DNA of 64,000 nucleotides from a virus (Duplodnaviria; Heunggongvirae; Uroviricota; Caudoviricetes), in the IMG/VR virus record IMGVR_UViG_3300029537_000168, one strand, 5' to 3'. Under the pieces are notes generated by a model. That model saw nothing but the letters and a program-made list of their open reading frames with translations, was not told the DNA's origin and did not search any database. Positions 46,304-56,829 of this stretch are shown piece after piece. Every line of letters starts with the position of its first letter. The stretch's first letter is position 1. Position numbers and translations under genes: made by a program.

Positions 46304-47972
46304 CCTTTCTTTTTCTTATAATCTCCTTACAGATAGCTTCACAAAGCACACGGGCCATATTCACCTCCACGGCGTTGCCGATGAACTTCTTCTGGTCTGA
46401 CTGTGGCCCAATCAGTACATAGTCTTCCGGGAATCCCATTATCTTTTTCAGTTCTGCTATCCGTAGCATACGCATCTTGATGTCGATGATACCATACAAA
46501 GCCATAAACTCCTTAATCTTGATTGTCATCGGACTGTCATCAGATGTAACTTGTATGCCGATACCTCCTTCAACCTCTACCAGATAGGGAGGCATCTTGT
46601 CCATCCGTGCTATCAGTGTAAAACAAGGATTGTTCACAGAACCTCCGGCACTGGCAAACTGCGGATTCATAAGGTAATGCCATTTACGGTTGGCCGTGAT
46701 TGTTTGTGACGGCTGTTCTATGCTGCTTCCTACATTTGAGAAAGCTGTGTTCATTATCCACGGTTTGCAGCTTACCATATTGAACTTCGGCACCGTGGTT
46801 ACTGTACCAACTGGCAGCTCAATAGATGTCGGTTTTCCGGTACCGTATTGGTTGTCTATGAAAACAGAATTTACCAATGCCAACCTGTCTTTAGTCGTAA
46901 CTGTCGGAGCTGGAAGTTCTACAGAATGGTTATGACCATTCCCGTAATAGGCTGAGACGAAAGCGTGGTGGTCTTTACAGGTGATAGTTCCGGAAGGTCC
47001 TTCCACAGATATGTTCTTGCTATCTGGATGGCCGCTGAATTGCTTGGAAAGAAAGTTTACCTTAGCTAAAGCCAACCATCCTTGTGTTGCCACAACCGGG
47101 CATGGCTCGTCAACGCTTGGTGCCTGGTATTTCCCCGTCCGACTCATAGAGTTATACTTTACAATAAAAGCCTCCTTACCTCCAGCTACAAACTTAATCA
47201 GTCCGGCATAGATGCGTTCAAGGGTTTTCTCGGCCAGCGGCTTCTTCCGGCAAAAGATACTTTCTCCTTCATCTGAAAAGTTCAGCACTTCCTTGACCGG
47301 CTTCCACTTTTCCAATCGTCCAAACATATCGTTTTTCCCATACTTACAGTGAGTAGGTTCTGGAAATACAATCGGAAGTCCACGCTTGGCGAAGATACCG
47401 AAGAACCGCTTGCGAGTGGTGTATGCCCCATAATCGGCAGCGTTAAGAATGCGCCAGTCAAAATCGTAACCATATTTCCTGACGTTGCGTTTCCACTTCT
47501 CATAGCATCGCCCTTTATCCTTGCTGATGGGGTGCCCTTTTTCATCCATATCGCCCCATGACATGAACTCCTCAACATTCTCTATCTGTATGTAGTCTGG
47601 AACAATAGCCTCGATATATCGGAAAAGATGCTCAGCCAGCGTCCTACTATCGGCGTCCCGTGGCTGGCCGCCCTTGGCTTTACTGAAGTTCGTACATTCA
47701 AGGCTGGCCCATAATACAACCAGTGCATCCGGATAAATCTTCTTCATTCGTTCTACATGGGCCACCAAAGGAGATAGTTCCAAAGTTCTGATGTCCTCCG
47801 TGAAGTGGAGCGCATCCGGGTGATTTGCCGCATGGCTGGCGATGGCGTTTGCATCGTGGTTTACACAAGCGACAACTTTCGCACATTGTTCATCTTCGTA
47901 GCGTGCGTTTTCTACTCCGGTACTGGTTCCCCCAGCACCGCAGAAAAGGTCAATATAGAGTAATTTTATCAT
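46296..47972 (-). CDS. DNA (cytosine-5)-methyltransferase, orphan
   Basis: Motif I DLFCGAGG, motif IV-like region with ENV, and TTRKRFF (QRR-like). 558 aa with a long target-recognition region. No adjacent restriction gene is recognised. Confidence 0.8.
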   Translation of the reverse strand: MIKLLYIDLFCGAGGTSTGVENARYEDEQCAKVVACVNHDANAIASHAANHPDALHFTEDIRTLELSPLVAHVERMKKIYPDALVVLWASLECTNFSKAKGGQPRDADSRTLAEHLFRYIEAIVPDYIQIENVEEFMSWGDMDEKGHPISKDKGRCYEKWKRNVRKYGYDFDWRILNAADYGAYTTRKRFFGIFAKRGLPIVFPEPTHCKYGKNDMFGRLEKWKPVKEVLNFSDEGESIFCRKKPLAEKTLERIYAGLIKFVAGGKEAFIVKYNSMSRTGKYQAPSVDEPCPVVATQGWLALAKVNFLSKQFSGHPDSKNISVEGPSGTITCKDHHAFVSAYYGNGHNHSVELPAPTVTTKDRLALVNSVFIDNQYGTGKPTSIELPVGTVTTVPKFNMVSCKPWIMNTAFSNVGSSIEQPSQTITANRKWHYLMNPQFASAGGSVNNPCFTLIARMDKMPPYLVEVEGGIGIQVTSDDSPMTIKIKEFMALYGIIDIKMRMLRIAELKKIMGFPEDYVLIGPQSDQKKFIGNAVEVNMARVLCEAICKEIIRKRKVA

Positions 47973-47973
47973 A

Positions 47974-48207
47974 TCAGTTCCATCTTTGAGGTCGATTGTT
48001 GATTCTCTCCAAGTAAGCGGCTATCTTCTTCTCCGCATCCTCACCGTTGCGGACGAAAATTCGCGTCCGTGTCTTGTCGCCTGGGATAGCCACATACTTT
48101 CCATGTTTCTCCAGTTCCCGATGCTGGGCGATTTTCAGTTCAGTTCCAGAAGGGTTCTTCTCCAAATCCACTTTATGTGGAAGTATTGGGTCATTTTCCG
48201 TTATCAT
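47974..48207 (-). CDS. Hypothetical small protein
   Basis: 77-aa ORF. Confidence 0.35.
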   Translation of the reverse strand: MITENDPILPHKVDLEKNPSGTELKIAQHRELEKHGKYVAIPGDKTRTRIFVRNGEDAEKKIAAYLERINNRPQRWN

Positions 48208-48650
48208 TTTGCAAGATATTTGTTGATTATGTTACTCACTACAAGTCCGGCTTCATCACACATCCCGGCAAAGTTGTCAGACAATGAAGCGTTTTTCTCT
48301 TCATCGGGTATTCGTACTATGCTTCTCAGTTCTTTCAGTACGCGTTTCACCTGAAAAACTACCTGAGCATCTATTCCGTTTGATTCAAGTTCAGACTGGA
48401 ACTCCAGTGCCGCACCCTCAAGTAAGTCTGAATAGATGAACAGCTTGTGCATCTTGCGAAGCATTTCTACCTTGAACTCCGGGGTATAGTCCTGAAGAAG
48501 TTCTCCCAAGGAATGCGGTTCCACCTCTCTTTCAAGGGAGTCAATCTTGTTCTTGATTTTCTGTGCTTTGGCAAAGTTCATGGATGAAATCAAGGCGATA
48601 TACTTCTTTCTCAGTTCATTGAGCTTTCTTTCTGATTCTTGTCTTGTCAT
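48204..48650 (-). CDS. Hypothetical protein
   Basis: 148-aa ORF. Confidence 0.4.
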   Translation of the reverse strand: MTRQESERKLNELRKKYIALISSMNFAKAQKIKNKIDSLEREVEPHSLGELLQDYTPEFKVEMLRKMHKLFIYSDLLEGAALEFQSELESNGIDAQVVFQVKRVLKELRSIVRIPDEEKNASLSDNFAGMCDEAGLVVSNIINKYLAK

Positions 48651-48833
48651 TTCTCTACTTTTCTGATGATTAAATACTTTGGCTCACCCTTGCGGAGATT
48701 GCTTAATGTCTCTTCGTCAACCTCTGCTTCTGTGAGTCCGTTCACGTTCATGTATTGTGGAAGACGGTATTTCTCACGTAACCTCCTGATCAGGTTCCAG
48801 TCACGAGTTACCCAGTTAATTGTGATTTTCATA

Positions 48834-49418
48834 TCATTTTCTCAGGCTTTCACCGCTGAAGAGGACGGTTTTCGTTATCGCCCTCAGCCGGTCAATGGTT
48901 CTTTCCCCATATTTCTCTCTCAGCTCGTCTATCGTTAGGTTGGTGGTCAGGATAAGAAGCTTTCCTTTCTTCTCTGCTTCGTCTGCCAGTTCAGCGAATG
49001 CAAGCCTTTTTTCGCCGTATTTGACGCTAAGATTCTCTGTCCCTATATCGTCAACGTAGATGATGTGTTTTTGCTTCACGGCGTCCAAATCAGCGTTCAT
49101 CTGCTGTGCATCGTAGCAGCTTACCACCTTGCGGCAGTAATGGTTAAGAACCAAAGGAAGAATCTTTCCGCAGATAAGGGTCTTTCCGCGTCCGCAGTTG
49201 CCGAAACACAGAAGTCCGCGACCTTCATTGCCGGCCAGCCAGCCTGCCACTTCTTCGTACTCAGGAAGCCATCTGGCATTTTCTCCAGTGAAGTACCTGA
49301 TACCGGCCCAGAGAACTCTTTTGGCATCCGGAACGGTTATCTTTACGACGTTAGGAATAGGGGAGAAACCCGTATCTTTGAGCCGTTCGATTGTCTGTTG
49401 AAAATTTATCTGTTCCAT
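48834..49418 (-). CDS. DnaC/IstB-like helicase loader ATPase
   Basis: Walker A FGNCGRGKTLI and Walker B HIIYVDDIG. Confidence 0.75.
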   Translation of the reverse strand: MEQINFQQTIERLKDTGFSPIPNVVKITVPDAKRVLWAGIRYFTGENARWLPEYEEVAGWLAGNEGRGLLCFGNCGRGKTLICGKILPLVLNHYCRKVVSCYDAQQMNADLDAVKQKHIIYVDDIGTENLSVKYGEKRLAFAELADEAEKKGKLLILTTNLTIDELREKYGERTIDRLRAITKTVLFSGESLRK

Positions 49419-49420
49419 GT

Positions 49421-50263
49421 TTACCAGCCTTTCTTGTATTTTCCCGGTGAATTATCCTTCAGAACTATGCCTACATCTGTTTTTGAAGGCACTTTCTCAC
49501 GACTGGCCCAGGTCGCCAGCCGTCTTGGAAGCTCCCAGGTCTTTTCCAGTTCATAGCGCATCTTGGTTTCTGACTTGTTAAGCTCGCTCCAGTAATCGAA
49601 GAAAGCCCGAATCATTTCTTTCGGGTACTGACTGACATAAGGGACTAACGACTGGTAGAAGGATTCTTTCCTAGAGAGAGTAGCGGCTTTAGCCGCGTCT
49701 TTCTTTGCTACTACGTTAGTAGTAGTTTCTTTAATAATATTCTTCTCCTTTATTTGCTTTGTGTCACCCGTGTGTCGCTTTTCTGGCTCTTTGGCAGGGT
49801 GTGTCACCTGCTGTGTCGCCACTTGTGTCATTAGCTGTGTCACTTGCATCCGTAAATTATTGATTTCCTGAATGATATTTATGTCACTCATTGTGTCATT
49901 GCTTGTGTCACTTACTGTGTCAGACTCTGAGCCATTATACTCATTGTACTTTACCAAGGTTATTACATTCATTCCTTGTTCTTTGGAAAGAGTTATCATG
50001 TTCTCTCTTCTCAGAAAGGCAAGAAACGTCCGTACTTTCCTCTCAGACCATTTCCAACGCTTTGATAAGAATCTTATGGATGCAGGATATTGTCCTCTTG
50101 TATAAGAGACTTCTCGACCTCCGATACTCTCCATACGGGGCGTTGCCTCAAATCGTGCTGACTGAATCAAGTCAAGCCACGCTTCGCAACTGCTAAAAGT
50201 CCGGGCTTCATTCCACATATCATTCGAGAAGAACTTGCGGCTTAGTTTTATATATCCTTCCAT
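49421..50263 (-). CDS. Phage replication initiation / replisome organiser protein
   Basis: 280 aa with an N-terminal winged-helix-like region, lying upstream of the DnaC-like gene. Call is positional. Confidence 0.5.
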   Translation of the reverse strand: MEGYIKLSRKFFSNDMWNEARTFSSCEAWLDLIQSARFEATPRMESIGGREVSYTRGQYPASIRFLSKRWKWSERKVRTFLAFLRRENMITLSKEQGMNVITLVKYNEYNGSESDTVSDTSNDTMSDINIIQEINNLRMQVTQLMTQVATQQVTHPAKEPEKRHTGDTKQIKEKNIIKETTTNVVAKKDAAKAATLSRKESFYQSLVPYVSQYPKEMIRAFFDYWSELNKSETKMRYELEKTWELPRRLATWASREKVPSKTDVGIVLKDNSPGKYKKGW

Positions 50264-50267
50264 AATC

Positions 50268-51440
50268 TTAGAATCTTACGTTAGTCAACTGTCTGCTATT
50301 GGAGTACACGGCCCATTTACCGTTTCCGCTATCCACCAGGCGTAAATCCTTGACTTCGCCAAATCGTTTCAGATTCCCGCAAAGGTCAACGATCCAGCCA
50401 GCCTCCTTGTTAGGATGCGGACGGATGGCACGACCGACTATCTGATACCAAAGAGCCAGTGACATTGTCGGACGGGCCATGACAATCGTATCCAGTTCAG
50501 GATAGTCAAATCCGGTAGTAAGTACACCTACGTTGGCTACAACGGGTATCTCTCCGGCCTTGAACGCTTCAAGGATATGTTCGCGTTCTTTTTTCGGTGT
50601 TTCTCCTGAAACGATGGCTGTTCCGGGAATGGACCAGGTGAGACGTTCTGCTTCTTTCAAGAAACGGGTGAAAACCAATATACCTTTTCGTTTTACACCG
50701 CTCTTGGGATTCATAAGCCTTTGGACGATGCTCACCAGAAACCCGTAGAAGTCGATACGCTCATACTCTTTCACTACAGACTTGTCCGTGTAGTCGGCTC
50801 CGGTAGTGTTCACCTTCAGGTTAAGTTCGTTCCATCCCAAAGGATTCATCGGATAATAGTTCAGCTTCGAAAGATACCCCATATCCAATAGAGTAGAGAT
50901 TTGAACCTGATAGATTACCTCAGAGAACACGCACGGGCGTGTGCGTGTGATGAACTTCAACATACTGCCGAAATCCCTGCTTGATGAAAGCCGGTAAGGC
51001 GTAGCCGTCAATCCAAGAACTTTACATTTCAGCATCGAAAGAAATCTCTTGTACATTCCGTCTTTCGGGTTAACCAGATGGCACTCGTCGATGATGATAT
51101 TCTGAAAATGCTGGAAAAGTTCCGGATGGTTGACTACGCTTCCGATAGTGGCGAAAGTTATTCTTGAAATCTCCTTTCGCCCGAATGAGGCAGAGTAGAT
51201 GGAACAATCCAGAACACCATACGAACAGAGCTTCAGATAGTTCTGTTCTAGTATCTCCTTACTGGGCTGAAATACTAGCGTGTGCCCTTCAAGACGGCTG
51301 GCGATGTCGGCTATCACAAGACTCTTGCCGGCTCCGGTAGGCAGTACCATGATGGCATTGTTCTTCTTGGCCCTGTTAGCAAAGAAGCTGACTGCAGCAT
51401 TACTGGCCTTCTGCTGGTAATCCCGTAAAACATAACTCAT
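50268..51440 (-). CDS. SF2 DEAD/DEAH-box DNA helicase
   Basis: Motifs LRDYQ, MVLPTGAGKS, IIIDECH and LGLTATP. Confidence 0.8.
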   Translation of the reverse strand: MSYVLRDYQQKASNAAVSFFANRAKKNNAIMVLPTGAGKSLVIADIASRLEGHTLVFQPSKEILEQNYLKLCSYGVLDCSIYSASFGRKEISRITFATIGSVVNHPELFQHFQNIIIDECHLVNPKDGMYKRFLSMLKCKVLGLTATPYRLSSSRDFGSMLKFITRTRPCVFSEVIYQVQISTLLDMGYLSKLNYYPMNPLGWNELNLKVNTTGADYTDKSVVKEYERIDFYGFLVSIVQRLMNPKSGVKRKGILVFTRFLKEAERLTWSIPGTAIVSGETPKKEREHILEAFKAGEIPVVANVGVLTTGFDYPELDTIVMARPTMSLALWYQIVGRAIRPHPNKEAGWIVDLCGNLKRFGEVKDLRLVDSGNGKWAVYSNSRQLTNVRF

Positions 51441-51910
51441 AATCCTTTCTCCTTACTCAGTTTGTCTCCCAAAGCCTTGTAATACTTGGTGAGTTCTATT
51501 AATTCAAAATCAGTCCATTTCTTCGCCTGGCTTGCTCTCCATGCCAGCTTGTCGAAGCGTTGCTGACCGATTTTTGATTTCAAGTTTTTCTCGTAATGTA
51601 TCAGATGGTCTGCGCTGAAACGGTTGCACGCCCGGCACTCTGCGTGGGCATTGTCCTCGTCAAAGCGTGTAGCCATGTGGCGGCGCGAATGGAAGTGTCC
51701 GCAATCTGCCTGTTCGTATGGCTTTATCTGGGCGCATGAGATACAACGGAAATACCCGTTCGGCATACAATCACGAAGCCGGATATAGCGGCTGAAAACT
51801 TTGTCGAGTTTGGCCACTAAATCCGGCTTCTTTTTAATCTTGATACCTGCCTTATCGAATAACGGCAAAGGCTTTTCTTTCTTCTTTTTAGGTTTCTTGA
51901 TGTAATACAT
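51437..51910 (-). CDS. NinG/Rap-like recombination protein
   Basis: Cys/His-rich pattern YFRCISC...CGHFHSRRH...HAECRACN is typical of the NinG family. Confidence 0.55.
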   Translation of the reverse strand: MYYIKKPKKKKEKPLPLFDKAGIKIKKKPDLVAKLDKVFSRYIRLRDCMPNGYFRCISCAQIKPYEQADCGHFHSRRHMATRFDEDNAHAECRACNRFSADHLIHYEKNLKSKIGQQRFDKLAWRASQAKKWTDFELIELTKYYKALGDKLSKEKGL

Positions 51911-51912
51911 AT

Positions 51913-52428
51913 TTATAAAGCCTTATAATCATTCATACTACCCCAATAACCATATATTTCTTCATCACTCTCACCATTAAGCCGAGCTTTTTCTATTTCT
52001 TTATTCATGCTATGTGAAAGACCAGTCAAATCTCCTGAAAGACTTTCGAATGACGAACATTCTTTCGTACTATTTCTGCGTATTTTGTGTGTAATGTATT
52101 TTTCAATACTGTTGAATATTGGATTATCCTTTTCAGACATTCTTAAAGATATATATCCATAATTGAATGTAAATGGAGTATTTAACTTTTCATATGACTC
52201 TCTGTCTTTTATATGCTTATACATCATTTCAACCGGAAAAGTCATTGGCAAGCGTTCCTTCTTAATCATTATGGCTATCGCATCATATAAAGCCTGTTCT
52301 TGATCTGTCAGCTTAAACCAGTTGATATTCTCAAAGCACCACATGATATAACCAATATGAGTAAGTATGATATACTTTATCTCTTGTCCTTTGTATTTCC
52401 CAAATGTTAATTTCCGTTCTTCTTTCAT
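51913..52428 (-). CDS. DUF3820-like protein (FGKYKG motif)
   Basis: The N-terminus is LTFGKYKGQEIKYI. Confidence 0.4.
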   Translation of the reverse strand: MKEERKLTFGKYKGQEIKYIILTHIGYIMWCFENINWFKLTDQEQALYDAIAIMIKKERLPMTFPVEMMYKHIKDRESYEKLNTPFTFNYGYISLRMSEKDNPIFNSIEKYITHKIRRNSTKECSSFESLSGDLTGLSHSMNKEIEKARLNGESDEEIYGYWGSMNDYKAL

Positions 52429-52449
52429 AATAATTCCATTATTGGTTGT

Positions 52450-52475
52450 GGACGCAACGGGAATCGAACCCGCCC
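52450..52475 (-). other. tRNA 3'-fragment-like element (T-arm plus acceptor 3' strand)
   Basis: Minus strand reads gGCGGGTTCGATTCCCGTtgcgtcca, about 20 nt upstream of the DUF3820-like start codon. No 5' half is found. Confidence 0.3.
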
Positions 52476-52750
52476 AACCATCACGGTTTTACTTGCTCAT
52501 ATATTAGCTAATTCAATGGGACAAGTGTATGGAGATATTGCGCAATTACTCCATACTAAAGCACGTCCTGTGCTTGCGCCCGTATGCCCGTCTTTCCGGG
52601 CGTTTATTCATGCTATTTCGTTATTTTTAAAAACTCAGGGGCAATTCCATAAAGTGGTGTACGGCCATCCCATTTATCTATGAATTGCTTATAGAGTATT
52701 TCTTTAGTCAACCCACGTGATTGAATGATAGCCTGTTCTGTTTTTAATTG

Positions 52751-53419
52751 CTACAATTCGTTGCGTTTCTTCTGCTCTGCAATCTGCTGGTCTAATACAG
52801 ATATATTGGTATTCACCTCATTACGACTATCAATCTTCTCACGCACAGCCTTTGAAAATTCAAGCTGTGCAGAAAAAGTCAGCAATTGAAGCCCTCTTTT
52901 CTCAAATTCTTTATCCACAATCTGCTCCAACCGCTTTTCAAAAAGAAGAGAACCACCGTCAGCCATTAAACTGTCTGTCTTGTGCTTACGGCTTTCTTCT
53001 TTGATTAAATCATAAATACGAGGTTCAAGTATATTATCTTCAAGGCTTTGCATAAACCCGTCTTTTCCTGATTCTGTATCAGCTTTATCTATATGTTTGT
53101 TATCGAATACAACATCTATAGCTCTATTCTTGATAACTTTATAAGAATAAGTAGGACGTGCGTTAAATTCAGTGTTATCAGCAGCCTTCAATGTGACAGG
53201 TTCAGCAAATTCCCCTCTTTGGTCAAACAATGGAACTTGAAACAATTCAGTGCCCCATTCCCAAGTGGAAACTTTACCGGACACTACCTTAAAATCCTCT
53301 TTTCCTTGCTTCCCATAGTTCTCCATTAGAACACCGGCATAATTAGGGGCTACTCTTTCGCATGAAGCAAATACCACTAAGGTCATACAGACCAACATTA
53401 GATTAATCAATCTTTTCAT
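52751..53419 (-). CDS. Lipoprotein
   Basis: LMLVCMTLVVFASCE is a signal peptide plus lipobox. Confidence 0.5.
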   Translation of the reverse strand: MKRLINLMLVCMTLVVFASCERVAPNYAGVLMENYGKQGKEDFKVVSGKVSTWEWGTELFQVPLFDQRGEFAEPVTLKAADNTEFNARPTYSYKVIKNRAIDVVFDNKHIDKADTESGKDGFMQSLEDNILEPRIYDLIKEESRKHKTDSLMADGGSLLFEKRLEQIVDKEFEKRGLQLLTFSAQLEFSKAVREKIDSRNEVNTNISVLDQQIAEQKKRNEL

Positions 53420-53572
53420 TCTTCAAATTTTTAATTAGTTTATAAACGAAATAAATCACTGTGGCTGATATTATTACCACGCCCAGCCAAGCGTTGAGGT
53501 GATTGAATATTCTGTTTCCGATAGATACTCCGACTACCAGAAACAGAATTAAATAAATTTGCTTTCTCATTG

Positions 53573-54310
53573 TTACACCTCAATGATTACGATGTCAGGT
53601 GCAACACCTTTGATTGCTTCAACCTGTTTGTCAATCACCTTATTCTTGTATTCTTCAATGGCCTCATTCGCACCGGCAGAAACCAAAGAAAGGGAAACTT
53701 CCCGTCCGTCCACATCGGCGTAGATTTCAACTTCGATTTCTTCACAGGCAAAACCTTTGAAAAGAGGGATATTCAGTTTGAACGATTTTGGCAGATTGGA
53801 ATCAACCACTTGAGAATAGTTATCCGTCTTGTTTCCGTTTTCCTCTTTACTACGTTCTATATCCTGGTTTACTTTCGCCTTGAAATTCTTCAAAGTAGAA
53901 ACCAGCATCATGTTCTCAGACTTATCCTTGAAGAAGGCACGGTGCATCTTGAAGAACTGGGACAATTTGATAGGTTCCCATTTCCTTTCCGCATTGATAC
54001 CGAACTCCTGCATTTCCTTTGAAGCCTGTAAAACTCCACTAATTACTGTCTGGTAATAATTGGTTTCATCAATAGTCAAAGCCAGACACATCTTATCACG
54101 GTTCACAATGATATTGGCCGATTTCTGATTAATCAGTTCGACACGCTTTTCCAGCCATCTGAAGGGTGCTTCTATCGTTCCATTGATAACTACTCTCTCC
54201 GGTTCTTTCGGGTCAAGGGCTACGGATGCTTTACCTTCTCTCAATACTACTTCGATGGGGGTACCATTGTACTCTTTCGGTACTACCAAATTGATTTTGT
54301 TTTCACTCAT
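53573..54310 (-). CDS. Hypothetical protein
   Basis: 245-aa ORF. Confidence 0.45.
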   Translation of the reverse strand: MSENKINLVVPKEYNGTPIEVVLREGKASVALDPKEPERVVINGTIEAPFRWLEKRVELINQKSANIIVNRDKMCLALTIDETNYYQTVISGVLQASKEMQEFGINAERKWEPIKLSQFFKMHRAFFKDKSENMMLVSTLKNFKAKVNQDIERSKEENGNKTDNYSQVVDSNLPKSFKLNIPLFKGFACEEIEVEIYADVDGREVSLSLVSAGANEAIEEYKNKVIDKQVEAIKGVAPDIVIIEV

Positions 54311-54744
54311 GATTCTGTTCCAGTTTTACGGTTAATACTAAATACTGTCTTCTGCATTTCTTGTGGCATGATTGGGCGGCTATAAACCAGTTCACCTAAC
54401 TTGTTGTAGAATCCTACCATCTTTTCTTTATGGTATAGGAATTTTGCACATTCTTCATTCTCGACGAACTCCGAACCTCTTTTGATGTGGTCCAAAAGTT
54501 CCTGCTTTTCTTCATTCAAAGGCTTCAATCGTTCTTTGAAGCTTTCCATAGCCTCTTTCTTCTCCAACTCAACATCGTTGATGGTGATTGATACCTCGGC
54601 CAAAGTCTCTTTCTTCTGAGCCAGTTCTTCGGGGGTGAATCGGTGAGTATATCCGATTTTCTCTACCGCATCGGCGTTGTCCTGAAGGAACTGCCATCGT
54701 TCCTGTTCAGGGATGTCTTGTCCTAAAAATTTGTCCATAGTCAA
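54307..54744 (-). CDS. Hypothetical protein
   Basis: 145-aa ORF. Confidence 0.45.
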   Translation of the reverse strand: MTMDKFLGQDIPEQERWQFLQDNADAVEKIGYTHRFTPEELAQKKETLAEVSITINDVELEKKEAMESFKERLKPLNEEKQELLDHIKRGSEFVENEECAKFLYHKEKMVGFYNKLGELVYSRPIMPQEMQKTVFSINRKTGTES

Positions 54745-54775
54745 ATAAACTCTTTGTTACGTTCGATTTAATTTA

Positions 54776-55315
54776 TTATTCAAACTTCCAACAATATCCA
54801 CCAGCAGTTTTTCTTTTATGATAACAGCAAAGTGAAATATTTCGGTAATCTACACCAGTATCTCTATAAGCATCCATCAATGTTAAATGGCGTTTTATCA
54901 AAACTCCATTTTTATCCAATTGAAGAACCACCTTTCCTTGCGATATAGCTCTACGTCTTTTAGCTGTACCGTAATTAAGATTGTAAGCATGGCTACACCA
55001 TTCAAGATTTCCTACATTGTTGTTTGTTTTGTTTTCATCTTTATGATTTACAACTGGATAATTATGAGGATTAGGCAAGAAAGATTCAGCCACTAAACGA
55101 TGAATGTTTACTGTATGAATACTTCCATCTTTGAATAGATTTACGCATCTATATCCACATCTGTTTTGTGGTTTCAAAATATGTGGTTTCTTTTTCATTA
55201 ACTCGCCATTTTGAAGCCTTACATGACTGCATATAGATTTAACCCGTCCCATATCTGATACTTGATATAAACCTTCATATCCGGATATATCTTTCCAATT
55301 CTCACCCATCCCCAT
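54776..55315 (-). CDS. HNH homing endonuclease with an N-terminal NUMOD4 motif
   Basis: GYEGLYQVSDMGRVKS (NUMOD4) and VNHKDENKTNNNVGNLEWCSHAYN (HNH). Confidence 0.75.
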   Translation of the reverse strand: MGMGENWKDISGYEGLYQVSDMGRVKSICSHVRLQNGELMKKKPHILKPQNRCGYRCVNLFKDGSIHTVNIHRLVAESFLPNPHNYPVVNHKDENKTNNNVGNLEWCSHAYNLNYGTAKRRRAISQGKVVLQLDKNGVLIKRHLTLMDAYRDTGVDYRNISLCCYHKRKTAGGYCWKFE

Positions 55316-55757
55316 AGCTTAGAAATTCTTTATCTTTTTCTATCTCTTGTTGAATATGTAATAGAAACTCATTCTCGTTAGGACTTGGTAAATATATTCC
55401 TGCTTTAGCACTAGAATAATTCCGAAATCTTTCAATAGCGAGAGTCATTTCTCCCGTACTCAGTTCAGACGAGCTTCTCAAAGTTTTTATAATCTTTCCT
55501 TTTTTGTTCGTCTTTTCTTTCTCGAATATATCCCTATTACATAACCTCTTGAAAATATCGATTTTAACTTCCTCTACACTATAACCTGTTTCACTTGCGA
55601 ACCAATTTAGAAGCAAATAGAAGTATCTGTTCTGGGCGAGCGTGCGGTTGGGCAGCTTCTTTCTCACTTCCACAACCGCCCGCTCCTGGAACAGTTTGTT
55701 TACATAAGCCTTGAACTTGGGTATATCGTATTCATTCTTCAGATTGAATATGCTCAT
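55302..55757 (-). CDS. Hypothetical protein
   Basis: 151-aa ORF. Confidence 0.45.
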   Translation of the reverse strand: MSIFNLKNEYDIPKFKAYVNKLFQERAVVEVRKKLPNRTLAQNRYFYLLLNWFASETGYSVEEVKIDIFKRLCNRDIFEKEKTNKKGKIIKTLRSSSELSTGEMTLAIERFRNYSSAKAGIYLPSPNENEFLLHIQQEIEKDKEFLSYGDG

Positions 55758-55760
55758 AGG

Positions 55761-56207
55761 CTAGAACGGTAAGTCATCTTTGGGATTTCCATTCGCATCT
55801 ACATCAGGTGGAAACGCCTGTGCCATGGTTGGCGTTTGTGTCGGTGACGGTTGCTGTGCTGGCACGGATGCTGGCTGGTGCATTGGCTGACGGCCTTCCA
55901 GTTTATAGCAGCGGATGGACACCATACGTTTTAGTTGTCCGTCCTGATTTGTCCATTCCCGACCTTGGAGGGAAAAGGAAACCGTTATTACATCACCGGT
56001 TCTGAACTGGTCAAGTTCGGCACATTTGTCACCACTTACTTCAAGAGGTAGAATGTTCTCGTACTGGCTTCGTTCACCTGTATAGGGGTCATAGGTTGTG
56101 GCATCAAGAATAAATTCACGTTTCACAAACGGGTTGCCACCGCTTTTGGATGGGATTTCTTGGGGCTGGCCAATATAGACCAGCCGTCCAGTTATTTGAT
56201 TTGCCAT
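55761..56207 (-). CDS. Putative SSB-like OB-fold protein (DUF3127-like)
   Basis: MANQITGRLVYIGQPQEIPSKSGG N-terminus and a Gln/Pro-rich acidic tail, located in the recombination module. Confidence 0.4.
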   Translation of the reverse strand: MANQITGRLVYIGQPQEIPSKSGGNPFVKREFILDATTYDPYTGERSQYENILPLEVSGDKCAELDQFRTGDVITVSFSLQGREWTNQDGQLKRMVSIRCYKLEGRQPMHQPASVPAQQPSPTQTPTMAQAFPPDVDANGNPKDDLPF

Positions 56208-56208
56208 A

Positions 56209-56829
56209 TTAGTTTGAATAAAAATCTTTTATCTGTTGGAAAATCTGTCCACGTCGTTTTATTTCTGCAATTGCCTGTTCGTCACGAGTGATACGGATTT
56301 TACAATACTCATTGGGAAGGATATTACGATGCCAGTTGGCTTCGTCGTCGTAGGTTGTTACAGACAGAAAAACAAGGTTACAGCTTTTAAGATGAGTGCA
56401 AAAGAGTTGTTCCTGAACCTGATAATAATAAGCTTTATGCTTCTTCTTGACGTATTCGATTAAAGCTTTGTTGTCATGCTTGATAGGCTCAATAAAATCA
56501 AGGTAATCTGAAAGATAAAGAGTCTTTAATTCATCAAAATCAGTTAACTTTCCTTTATCGATACAAGCAAAGTCCAGGCTGCACTTGAACACGTTCATTT
56601 CATCTGACCTGACAACATACTGAGTAAAGTAGTTGTCAGGCAAAGTGAGAAGATACCTGTTCTCAAGAATGGCTCCCGTACGTAAAGCATCTATAGGGCT
56701 GGCAAAAGCATTGTAATAAGGCTTTATCCCGCTGACGAAACGCTGCATGAGGGCGATATGTGATTTCGTATTCTTACCACTCATCAAGGCATGAACGTCA
56801 CCGCTTCCTATGTACATGGTTTCTGTCAT
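56209..56829 (-). CDS. Putative PD-(D/E)xK exonuclease (YqaJ-like) partner of ERF
   Basis: 206 aa, translationally coupled (4-nt overlap) to the ERF-like gene. Confidence 0.4.
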   Translation of the reverse strand: MTETMYIGSGDVHALMSGKNTKSHIALMQRFVSGIKPYYNAFASPIDALRTGAILENRYLLTLPDNYFTQYVVRSDEMNVFKCSLDFACIDKGKLTDFDELKTLYLSDYLDFIEPIKHDNKALIEYVKKKHKAYYYQVQEQLFCTHLKSCNLVFLSVTTYDDEANWHRNILPNEYCKIRITRDEQAIAEIKRRGQIFQQIKDFYSN

